Origin: Fistulifera solaris
Lineage: Eukaryota
Length of the DNA: 58,113 nucleotides
Assembly: GCA_030295235.1 (NCBI GenBank)
Contig: AP026164.1
Coordinates: forward strand, 2,480,001-2,538,113
Direction: 5' to 3'
Part shown: positions 37,264 through 48,087 of the stretch, piece after piece
How the letters are laid out: every line of letters begins with the position of its first letter
Position numbering within the stretch: the first letter of the stretch is position 1
Notes under the pieces: model-generated
The model's database searches: none
What the model was told of the DNA's origin: nothing
What the model saw: only the letters and a program-made list of their open reading frames with translations
Translations under genes and position numbers: made by a program

Positions 37264-40200
37264 ATGTACCGCCCTCTAAAAATATCGGAAACGGCAACAA
37301 TCCGAGCCGCGGCGATGATTCGTACGTCTACGGACATGCGCAATCGACAGAGCAATCTTCTCCTTATCATCGAAGACCTGTCGTCGCCTATTCGAATTAC
37401 GAAACATCATCAAATCCTTCGCTTTCCGAGCCGATGGGAATCATTCCGTCTTCTCGTTATACGTACGCATCAAACCCTATTCCGTCACCTATCTACACTT
37501 CTCCCGATCCTTTGAAGCAGCAGCTCATTTACAAAAACAACAAACTCATGTCGATTGTTCTTATACCGACTGGTTTTTCTTACTTTCAAATCAGCAATCT
37601 ACCGCCCCTTCAACTTGTTTTCTTTTCATCGCCTTGATTGTTTACGCTGTCGATATAATACAGTCACGAGATAGCGTACTCTGTATCACGTGGCTGGCGG
37701 TTCCGGTTCTGTCTCTTGTCAGTGGATGGTCATGGCTCTCGGAAGACTACGGCAAAGACAGCACCGGTGTGGCTCTTTTCAAATCCTGTTTCAAACTGGA
37801 GCTGCAGCGTCTTTTGGGCTTTGGTAGCAGGATGGGGAACCCTTCAATTTCCCGAGTGGCTGACAACATACCCAACTATCGCACGGCAAATGGAAGCTGG
37901 TTTGCATGCAACAGCACCACTCATTCTCGCTAGCTTTGCAACTCATTCGAATATTCAGCACGTTGATTCAAATTACGGACCTGACGCAGCCGCCAAGTTC
38001 GCTCCGCACATGTTTGCGGTATTTGTGTGGCTGGGAATGATAACCGTTGGCTCCTGTCGGACCAGCTTTCCTACCAAGGACGATGAAGCGCACGAGAATA
38101 CTGGAAAATTACGCAAACCAAATTTTATTGTCACAAGCAACGTGGCTCATAGTCACGTGATGGTACTCTTGTTGGCGCCTCCATCGATGCATTTCATCAC
38201 ATTCTGGCGGAGATTATTGAGCCGAATGGCCGATTTCGATGATTGGTTTGATTGGTTCTTGGCTATGGCGATTCCGTACTTGCTCATGATGTCTTTGAGT
38301 GTTTTGTCGAGGCAGACGGTGATCGATAATCCTTATGCTTCTCTGCCGCTACTGCGACAGTCGGACATCCTTCCCCCTTGTCGTTCTTTTTTTTTTTTCA
38401 TCGTTGGCTATACAACAACGATACTTGATTCCTGTGGTTCACGAATTTGCCTATCACTATACCGGCATTAAACAATCGTCGTGGATGCTGTGTTTGTACT
38501 GGACCCTGGCGACCGTTACGCTTCTTTTGACGACGTGGTTGTGGGGCCGAACGTCGCAAGGCCAACCTTTCTTGGGAGAATATCATGAGGATGTTCTACA
38601 GCTCCTACTTTCGCTGCTCGGATTGCTTCTTGGAAAGGGTGTGGGTATGCCCTGGAACTTTGCACCTCTTCCGATCTTGGCTTTTCTGGGACTCGGTCTC
38701 TGGCTCTCCACTCGGATGCTCCGGTATCTTGGGATTGTGCTATTTGTCTTTCTCGCGTCGGCTTTTGTGATTTTTACGTATCGCTTCGCCGGGATCGATC
38801 ACACGTTGATTTTGCCATTTCCAATCAAGAGCGTCAGCTTGATTGGGTTTGGGATGGCAGTTGTCGGATCGTCGGCCTTGATTGGTCTAGTCACCGGTCT
38901 CACAATAAGGGCACCAGGAGGTTTTCTGTCGAATCAGATAAAGCGCTTCGATTTGTCTGGTATCTTGTTAGTCGCATACGCACTAGTTTCGATGGAAGTA
39001 GAGATAGCGTTGATCAAAGAGAGTCGACATGGGCCAAACTAATCGGAGTACATATGACTGAAGACGCCACAGTGAGCGACCACATGTATTCTCCAGAGCT
39101 GGCCTATGTTACAAGTTTAGCGACTGTTGGATTGAGTCGCATGATGCTATACTTTGGTATGATCAATGCTTCCTCGTCCTGGATAGCCATAGCGTTTGCG
39201 AGTGGAAAAGCGTTCGCCATCTATATCGATACTGTGCATTCTATGCGGAATATGTACCCGTTGAGTCCCACGGACATCCTGTTCGACTCGATCTTGTTCG
39301 GAATTTCATTTCTTGTCGTGGCCGTTCCACATGTCTTTTGGCCCCTGTATACGTAAAGGCGTCGACAAGGTATCAAAAAAATATATCTGGCGGTCCGATT
39401 TTAAAGGCGAAACCCCTAAGAATCATCATTCTTTATGCATGCATCCTATTGCCTCTTGCCATAATGCTTGCGGAGTTCGCTGTTATCGAGCCATTGGTTA
39501 CTATTCTACGAGAAAGTCATGGTAATATGAGCATCGCGGGTGGCGCTGTGCTGATATTGGGTGCCTGCATGTGCATGTGGGGCATATCACTGCTCTCCAT
39601 GCTCAATCATTATTTACCGGATGGAGGAGGCGAGAAGTGGAAAAAGGCTTCCGGTGTAATATTTTTACTGGGCGTTATGACTTGTTTCGCTTTCCCCATG
39701 TTCAATTCTGGTTTGGAAAAGGACGGTTTCGAACTCTTAATCCATATAAGCAGGCAGCGGTTTCGAAAATTGGCCGCGATCTTATGAGCCGCACAAGAAA
39801 CAGGACGGGAGGGTGGGGAATCCTCTTTTCCCTCATTGCGACTTTATTAGCATTAGCGGGCCCCTTGGAGTTGAGGGAAAGACGCAGCAGTTCAGGCGCA
39901 AAGGACCAGTCGTTATTAATTCGCACAGCAATTTTTAGTCTGCTTTTCGGCGGTGGCGTTGCGTGGTTTGTTATGGTTCACCTCATGAATGAAGCGGAAG
40001 TATTACCGCTAGTGTTCACTACAATATCATCAATGATGGTTGCATTTCTTTGCACAATAACGTCTGTCTTGGGCTATTTCATTGAACTTGAGAACTTTGA
40101 CGACACAGAGCAGTTAGGAAACACCGTTCTGGTATCTTTTGTCGTCTTCTTGATGACAGCAGGTATCCCGTCGCTGTTGACGATGTCTTCGGGACTTTCG

Positions 40201-40728
40201 TCGATTGGGTCAAACAACTGGTTGACAACTTACTTGACCATTTGTAGTATATTCTCGTTTTTGATATCAGCGTCCCTTGGAATACGACAGAGCAAGGACA
40301 TTCGCACACGAGGTTTTGCCAATTGTTTTTGTTTGCTGTCATGGTTCATCAATTTGATCCTGGTGATGAACGCGCTTATCAGAGAACGACCTGACGAAGA
40401 CAGCGAGTCGAATGATTTGTCCTTTACAGGCTTCGGCACACTGGCTGCGATTTCAGTCCTATTCTTCCTTCAAGGTGAAAGCGCGTCCACAGGAGCCGGT
40501 CGCCGGCTAGTAGGCGCGAACAAGTCATCGTCTTTCCAACTATCACTACCATTGCGCCAAAAGCCACGAACTCAATTCATACTTTCGCTGGGAACAGTGT
40601 GTGCTTTCTTGGTAGCTGCATCACAACTTTTTTTGGGGCAAAGTTCCTCTTGGACAGTCTTCGGGGCTCTCGTCAGATCATCTTTTGGAGGTATTGCGTC
40701 AGTCTACTTTTTGAGTACGAGCAGATAG
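37264..40728 (+). CDS. Large multi-pass membrane protein resembling plant NO EXINE FORMATION 1 (NEF1); many apparent frameshift errors
   Basis: Consecutive hydrophobic ORF fragments. AGWGTLQFPEWLTTYPTIARQMEAGLHATAP, GMPWNFAPLP and MYSPELAYVTSL recall the corresponding NEF1 segments and occur in the same order. Confidence 0.65.
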
Positions 40729-40779
40729 CAGAAGTAAATAGGCATCATTACCAATGCCAACAATACTTTTGCCCTATAT

Positions 40780-41390
40780 CGCTTCCAGAGTCTACGCGTA
40801 ATGTACGTAGCCGCTGTAGGAAATCTTCTCTGTAGCGGAACCCGGAGATTTCATTTTCACCATCATCCAATTGCTGCAGTTGAAGTGCACAGATGTCAAC
40901 AATTCCTTGCACACCATATTTGCTTCATATCGAGAAGCAGTGAACGCCTTCGATTTGAAAACAAAACGGTGATGGAACCAATGATGCAACGCTTCGAATG
41001 TCTACGTAATTTCACGTAGCTCTGGTGGGAAAATTTATCGACAGAGGGACAACCCGGATATTGTCGAATTTCGATCATACCATTTTCCGCGTCTTTTGGG
41101 CACCAATGACAACAGTATATTTTGCCCAGCATTGCTTATGCGTGCCACGAAAAACATTTGACGCTGAACCGACAGTGAAACATGAATCGGTGGAAAGATA
41201 AAAGGCTTGCAGTGTCTACGCGTTATGTAGCCACCGTAGGAAATTTATCTCTGTAGGTTATTAACCCGGATATTGTGTTTTCGTCATCATCCAATTGTCC
41301 TCAGATGTCAACATTTCCTTGTGCATCGTATTTGCTTCATATCGGGAAGCAATGAACGTCTCCGATATGAAAACAACATTGATATTATTG
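40780..41390 (+). repeat. Three tandem degenerate copies (~205-220 bp period) of the dispersed intergenic repeat family
   Basis: Cores GTCTACG...(C/T)GTAGC...GAAA..T.TC...ACCCGGA occur at ~40790, ~41000 and ~41214. Units 1 and 3 share catcatccaattg, cagatgtcaaca and tatttgcttcatatcg. Confidence 0.85.
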
Positions 41391-41578
41391 GATTCGAGGC
41401 TTCTACTTAAGGAGTAAATAAGGCACACGTCCCCCCGTCTGGACTTTGTCCGCTTACTTCGACATTGCGATGAGCGTGAGCGCGCTTTCACACATTTCTT
41501 TGCCTTCCCTCTTTTCCTTGATGATAGCACAATCATCATCCTCCTTGCGAACCAAATAAAGCAACAAAAGACGTCAAA

Positions 41579-43826
41579 ATGAGGACCAATCTGATTTTCT
41601 TTACTTGTATATTCCCATTGTGTCAATGTTTTGTTATTCGCAGCAACAGTCATGCTTTTCGACAACAAATTCCTTTGATATTGACAACACCGGCTATGAG
41701 TTCTTTTGTCTTCTGTCGATGACTAGTTCTGGTGTAACAACCACCAAGAAACAGCGTCCCCGTCGGAAACCTGCCGCTACAAAAGTCAAGTCTACAGCAA
41801 TCAACAAGGAGTTAAAAACATGGAGAGTATTCGGCATCGAAGTGCATCCTGATCGCCTAGCAGAAATTCAAAACGATCATTCTAAAAGTTCCTCCGACAC
41901 GCCTCGTTCAGTCAGTCAGCAATACGTCAACGGCGCCGTTTTAGAGTCGTTACTGATGAAGTTTTCGGAAAAGAGTAGCAGCAACTCTACAAGTACAGCT
42001 GACACATCTCCAGCTGTTCGTCTGGAGCAATTTGGTATCGACAATGTGCGGGTCGTTCGAAGATCTTTGGATGCACGTGATAAACGACGCGTCGACGGAG
42101 GTCACGGTCCTCGCTTCGGCTATGTATTAGATTTTGATGTTCTACCGGGCAGTAAACTGCAGGTCAAGGAGCAGCCGGGTCGCATCGAATGTCTGACGTT
42201 AAAAACGAATGATGCCAAGTTGACTGGCAAGAATCAAACTTCTTCTTCTAGCGATTTATCGAAAAAGCGAGTCATTATAGTAGGATCAGGTCCAGCTGGA
42301 CTGTTTTGTGCATTGCAATTGACCCGCGCCGGAGTTCACGTCACTGTATTGGAGCGCGGACAACCGGTCGAATCCAGAGGCAAGGATATTGGTGCCTTGA
42401 TGCACCGACGTTCGTTGGATGCGGAATCCAATTTTTGTTTCGGAGAGGGAGGAGCGGGGACATGGAGTGATGGAAAACTCACTACACGGATCGGTCGGAA
42501 CTCAGATGCTGTGCGCTTTGTTTTAGACACGTTTGTCGAATATGGTGCACCGGAGAAAATATTAGTAGAAGGAGCACCACACTTGGGGACCGACAATTTG
42601 GTACGACTGCTGCGCAATATGCGAATGGATATACGTCGCTTGGGAGGGGATATTCGGTTCGGAACGAAAGTGACGAAATTGATTATCGCAGATGGAATAA
42701 CAAAAGGTGTTGAATTCGTGACGCAAGAAGCAACGGAACGTAGTGTCGATGGCAAAGCTGTTACATCCGATGGAGGAGAACACGGGCAAATTTTTGGAAA
42801 CGCTGTTGTACTTGCAACAGGGCATTCAGCCAGGGATATTTATGAGCAGTTACATGCTAGTGGGGTCAAATTGGAACCCAAGGGATTTGCTGTGGGGTTT
42901 CGAATCGAGCATCCTCAAGCGGTAATAAATAAAATCCAATACGGACAAGAATGGGGTCCTACAGTTGTGACTGGCAAAAGCTCACAGATGAACTCAATCA
43001 GAAGTACTTTAATAACGCTCCTCCTCCTTCATATGAACGAATATCACACCGCGGAAACTTGCCTGTTCCTTCTTACCAGCTTGCAACGGATGAAGGCTTC
43101 GATGGAATCCAAAAACGAGGTGTTTATTCGTTCTGTATGTGCCCTGGTGGTACAGTGGTGTTAGCATCGACCGATCCGGATGAGGTTTGTGTGAACGGCA
43201 TGAGCTTTAGCCGTAGAGACTCGATTTGGGCAAACAGTGCCCTCGTAGTCACCGTCGCTAGCAACGATACGATTCTGGACCCTTATCGAGAAGAGCACGG
43301 TGTTTTAGCCGGCGTCGCATTTCAAAGAGACATGGAGCGACGTGCATCTGTTATGGGCGGTGGAAATCTGACTGTTCCAGTCCAGCGCGTCACAGATTTT
43401 CTCGCAGGTCGACCATCAACCTCAGCTCCGTCCTCCTCGTATCGCCTTGGTGTCAAGCCAGCGGCTTGCCATGAAATCTATCCACAGCCACTTGTTTCGG
43501 CTCTTCGCTATGCGCTTACACAACATTTTGAGAAATACATGCCTGGCTATGTATGTGAAGATGCTCTTTGCACGCCGTTGAAACTAGAACGTCAAGTCCA
43601 GTTCGTATTTCACGTGATGACGAGACACTGCAGGCCATCGGTACAGAAGATCTCTTTCCGGTTGGTGAAGGAGCTGGTACGTAAAAGCAGTTTGTACAAA
43701 TTATCACTTTGAAAACGACCCTTTCCTTACTTTCAAACTACAGGTTTTGCTGGAGGAATAGTCAGCGCCGCTGTCGATGGACTCGTGGTGGCGACTGCCT
43801 TACATAAGAAGCTGTCCGGAGTCTGA
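41579..43826 (+). CDS. FAD-dependent oxidoreductase (uncharacterised COG2509-type), probably plastid-targeted; intron 43677-43743; frameshifts ~41710, ~42980, ~43570
   Basis: VIIVGSGPAGLFCAL, ESNFCFGEGGAGTWSDGKL, PHLGTD, LATGHSARD, YSFCMCPGG and spliced GEGAG|FAGGIVSAAVDG. The ATG at 41579 gives MRTNLIFFTCIFPLCQC|F. Confidence 0.9.
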
Positions 43827-44000
43827 ATGCGATTGACCGTATTGCAGAGATATTACTACAGTAATCGATGTGGATAATCCGAGAGTCTTCCTCGGGAAAA
43901 GATATGCAGGAAGAATCATTGATTATTGATTATCATGGTGCTTTGAAGCCGCGAAACGAGTTTAATTATGCTCGCAAGAATTATCGCTCGTCAACGTTTT

Positions 44001-44475
44001 AATATCCGGGTACCACCTCTGGGGATAAATTTCCCTACGAGGCCAACGTGCTTTTACGTAAACCTTTGAAGTGTTGTATGTTTGCTCCTTTCTGTGTTCG
44101 TTGTTCCATGTAATGTCAACGATTCTTGCCGAGGGCTTTCAAACTGCTTTCAAAAGTAGGTTGATGAGTGTTTTCACGACAATTTTCGCCCGTAAGACCC
44201 AAGAAATTATGAGAGCGCGAATTTGATAGTTTCGAATGCGACCTACATCGATAAAACTCCTACGGGGCCAACGTGAAAATCACGTAAACCTTCGAAGCGT
44301 TTTATGTCTCATACATTGCACCTATTACCTACAAAGTATTGAGCACTTATTGCTATAGATTATTACTGATTGGTACACATTTTGCATATTGGTGATACTG
44401 AAAGTGAGATTGGTGTAAAAACGACATGAAGAATGCCAAATAATTACCATATCCGTGTTACGCCATATCCGGGTT
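44001..44475 (-). repeat. Two to three tandem degenerate copies of the dispersed intergenic repeat family, inverted relative to 40780-41390
   Basis: The reverse complement of 44001-44080 reads ...tttacgtaaaagcacgttggcctcgtagggaaatttatccccagaggtggtacccggatatt. A second core lies at 44241-44305 and ATATCCGGGT recurs at ~44465. Confidence 0.8.
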
Positions 44476-44698
44476 GCTTAAAGCTTGATGATTTGCGCGT
44501 TATTGTAAAAACGTCCTCCTATCGTTGTCGATCTGTTCTACGGAGTAATACTTTTATTCTGGTACCGTACCGACATGAAGCCGTAAAGTCATAAACCGAA
44601 CCGCGTGTAACCGTGACCCTTTTGTCCTCGACCATGATGATTTTTCATTGTTTTCCTCAATAAAAACAAGCCAACCAAAAACACCTAATCCTTTTATA

Positions 44699-46471
44699 AT
44701 GAGACGACTTCTTATTCGGCTGATCGCTGCAGGCTATTTGATAAGCGCGAGAGCACAGCAATGCGACAATCGCGGAATTTGTGACACGCATGAACGATGC
44801 CCTGTGTGGCACGAAGAGGGCATGTGCGAAAAGGAAAAAGATTATATGACGCGTCACTGTCCTGTCAGCTGCAAAATGAAACATGCAAAAGCGAATGCTG
44901 CAGCTGCCTGTGCCGATGCTCATCCTCGTTGCAAAGTATGGGCCGACCTAGGTGAATGCGAGGTCAATCGCAACATGAAAAGTACTGCGCAAAGTCATGC
45001 GATTTGTGCGATGAATCTGCCCCGGAATGGCTCTCGAAGAAGAGGAAGATCCTGACTGTGTCGATGATCATACCAACTGCGAGTTCTGGGCTGAAAAGGG
45101 TGAATGCACGGCAAATCCGACTTATATGCTTGCCAATTGCAAGAAGAGCTGTGGATCCTGTGTCAAAGTCGCTAAAAGAGAGCGCTACTCGTGTGCTGCA
45201 CGGAGATGATGCGATTTTGGAGGAGTCGATAAAGTATGGCGTGAAACAGCGTGCGGAGGGTGACAGGAGAGTTGAAACAATCGCTCGTTTAGAAGAGGCC
45301 CTGGACTATATGGAAAGCGAGCAAGTCACTCATTTGCCAGCGAAGCTAAGAGAAACTTGTAAAAATCGACACGAACTCTGCTCGTTTTGGGCTGTCATTG
45401 GAGAGTGCCAGAACAACGCTGCTTATATGGCTACAAACTGTGCTGTCGTTTGCATGAGTTGTCATTTGATTGACTTTGAAACGCGTTGTCCTCCTTTGCC
45501 AGATGCCATCCCTGCCCTGTTGCCTGGTGATATGAATAAGATGTTCGAAAGAATTGTCGCAACAGCACCTGGAAACCGAACATTGACTGATACCGAACGG
45601 AAAGAGTTGGCTGCCGACAATATGACGGAATACACAGTAACGGTTCATTCGAGGCCGAGTGATGAGCCATCGACGGAGAGTAGTGTAGTAGTCGACAAAT
45701 CACTTCCTCCGTGGGTTATTACATTCGACAACTTTTGCTTCCGGAAGAATGTGACGCTTTGATTGCACTTGGTTATAAATACGAGTACAAGAGATCACAG
45801 GATGTCGGTGCAGCGAAATTCGATGGGAGTCATGAAGGTGTTCAGAGCACGCGACGAACTTCGGAAAATGCCTGGTGTTCTGACCACCACGGATGTCGAA
45901 AAGAAGTGTTAGCGGTAAAGATTCACGAACGAATGTCAAAGGTCATGGGTATTCCTCCGGAGAATAGTGAAGATCTACAAATGCTGAAGTACGAAAAGGG
46001 TCAATTTTACAGGAGTAAGTCCTTGCGATCCTAAATATGCGATGTATCGATTTCGTGCAACGCTCTCACTGTGTTTCATTCATTGCACAGCCCATCATGA
46101 TTACATTCCTCATCAAAAGGATAGACAATGCGGTCCTCGGATATTGACGTTTTTCTTGTATCTGTCTGATGTGGAAGAAGGTGCGTGCCATCATGTGATG
46201 AATCAAACCTTTTGAACTAAACGGTCATAGATAATTTGCTAACATTCAAATCGCAGGCGGGGGAACGAATTTTCCACAACTTAATATTACGGTCATGCCG
46301 AAGAAAGGACGTGCTTTGCTGTGGCCAAGTACTTACAATGCAGAACCTATGGTGAAAGATGGTCGTACCTCTCATCAAGCTATGGATGTAATTGAGGGAA
46401 CAAAGTTCGCCACGAACGGATGGGTACACATGTACGATTATGTAACTCCGCAAAAGAAAGGCTGCAACTAA
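44699..46471 (+). CDS. P4H: Secreted prolyl 4-hydroxylase with four ShK domains; introns 46015-46090 and 46181-46256
   Basis: Signal peptide, then four C-x-(D/N)-x-H-xx-C-xx-W...G-x-C ShK repeats. PWVITFDNF, RTSENAWC, LKYEKGQFYR|THHD, RILTFFLYLSDVEE|GGGTNFP, and distal H and K (SHQAMDVIEGTKF). Confidence 0.93.
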
Positions 46472-46555
46472 TTGGATTAATGTTGTAAGTAGTTGCAAAA
46501 TTGTCACAATTTTCTCCATTCTATTCTATTTAATAACTCTGTAAAGCAAGGCAGC

Positions 46556-47636
46556 TCAGTCTTCTTCAGCCTCATTGATTACCGTCGGACCAAAACGCAA
46601 ATCAGCGTTTTCGGAATCACTGTCCGGAAGACTTGACGCGCCCAAGTTGTATAGAAGCGCCTCGCGCCACTGCTTGTCATTTGTTACAGAAAGCGCGTCG
46701 TCCTCAAAAGATGACTTTCAAGGTCGCTCGTCTTTTGTCGTTTCCTCGCTGGTTCTTCTCCCATTATCTCTTCATCCGAGATTTCGTTGAATCGTCTCCT
46801 ACCCGTTTCAACCATATTAGTAATAATTCTCATTGTGGAAGTCATAGTGAAGGGTCCTCGCTTACGTGGAAGCTGAAAGGAAGCAAAAGTCCCCAACAGT
46901 TCTCAAGTAGAAAGCCCCAATTTCCACTCGGCGATCTTTGCACCACGTACGTTGGTAAGTCTCTTCCTGCTACGTTCAGACGTAGATAAGTTCCCTGGAT
47001 CCCTTTCGGTAAATCTATAGGCGACGTGATAAATTTCCAGCGAACTTCCAGACCTCCGGGATGAGAATCAGAAAAGGGATCCATGAATTGAATCGAAGAT
47101 AATACAGCATTGTCAACATTCTTCTGATGCATGATGGCTTGCTTCACGGCCCCACAAGGAAGAAAAATAAGCTGTCGAGCTTCTTCACCGGCATACCACG
47201 GGTCCGGTAAGATCCATTCGGGTCCTGCGGCTTCTTTGAATCGAAAGTTCCAGATCGTTCCGGTGCCAGTGTAAACATCATAACAAAGCTCTTCGAGTCG
47301 AATGGATCGTCGGAAACGAGCGTCTTCACATGATTGAAGATACGCGTACATTGCCGAGACTTGATAAGCAGGTGAGCCATAATGCGTGTCTCGAAGCGTC
47401 AGTGCACGCGAATCGACGTGAACTTTGCGAGCCCAAAGCTCTTCGCATCGTTGAGACCATCCGATTTTGTTCAAACTGAAGAGAAAACAAAATCTTCGAT
47501 TCAATTGACGACAATCTGACAGCGAGTGAGCGTTAAGAAAGGAGCCTATGAGGCATAGGATCTCCTCTGGCATGCTCGAGAGTGAAAGAGACGTCAAATC
47601 TCGAAAGACATTGTCGTTCTCAAGACGGTTGCTCAT
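46556..47636 (-). CDS. F-box domain protein (frameshifts near the 3' end)
   Basis: LSSMPEEILCLIGSFLNAHSLSDCRQLNRRF F-box, followed by WNFRFKEAAGPEW...DPW. The C-terminus rebuilds as QWREALLYNLGA...EAEED*. Confidence 0.75.
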
Positions 47637-48087
47637 GGTCGAAAGAGAAAAAGGCCTTCGTTTGCGATGCGTTTCAGCGATGGAAAGAGTCGTGCGATTC
47701 GTTCTCGCCGAAAAATTGTGACAGAGAGAGATCAGCTCTTGCTTCGTCAAAGGAAAATGAAAACAAATAAACAGATCTCATGGACAGGTTTCTTTTATGA
47801 AGCACGAAAGAAAAGTTTTCGACAAGGTTTTTTTCACGGTTCGCGCGCGCCTTCGAGAAAACGGGGTTCGTTACCGGAATGACATTAACCTTCACAAATG
47901 TTTAACGGAGTAAAAACGAAAATTTGTGTACAACATGTTTGGTGTTCATGACTAAAATCCAGTCATTAACATTACAATATTACGCGTTGTTATAAACTTA
48001 TTACACCGTATGAAGCTAAAAGAAGTAACTTCGATCTTAGATCTCTGATCGTTCAAAAGATATACTTTACAACTGCCTGGTACGCTC

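Noticed and set aside
40780..41390. CRISPR-like repeat/spacer reading of the dispersed repeat family
   Set aside because: The inter-core segments are homologous to one another (units 1 and 3 clearly so) and the cores are degenerate, so they are diverged tandem units rather than acquired spacers.
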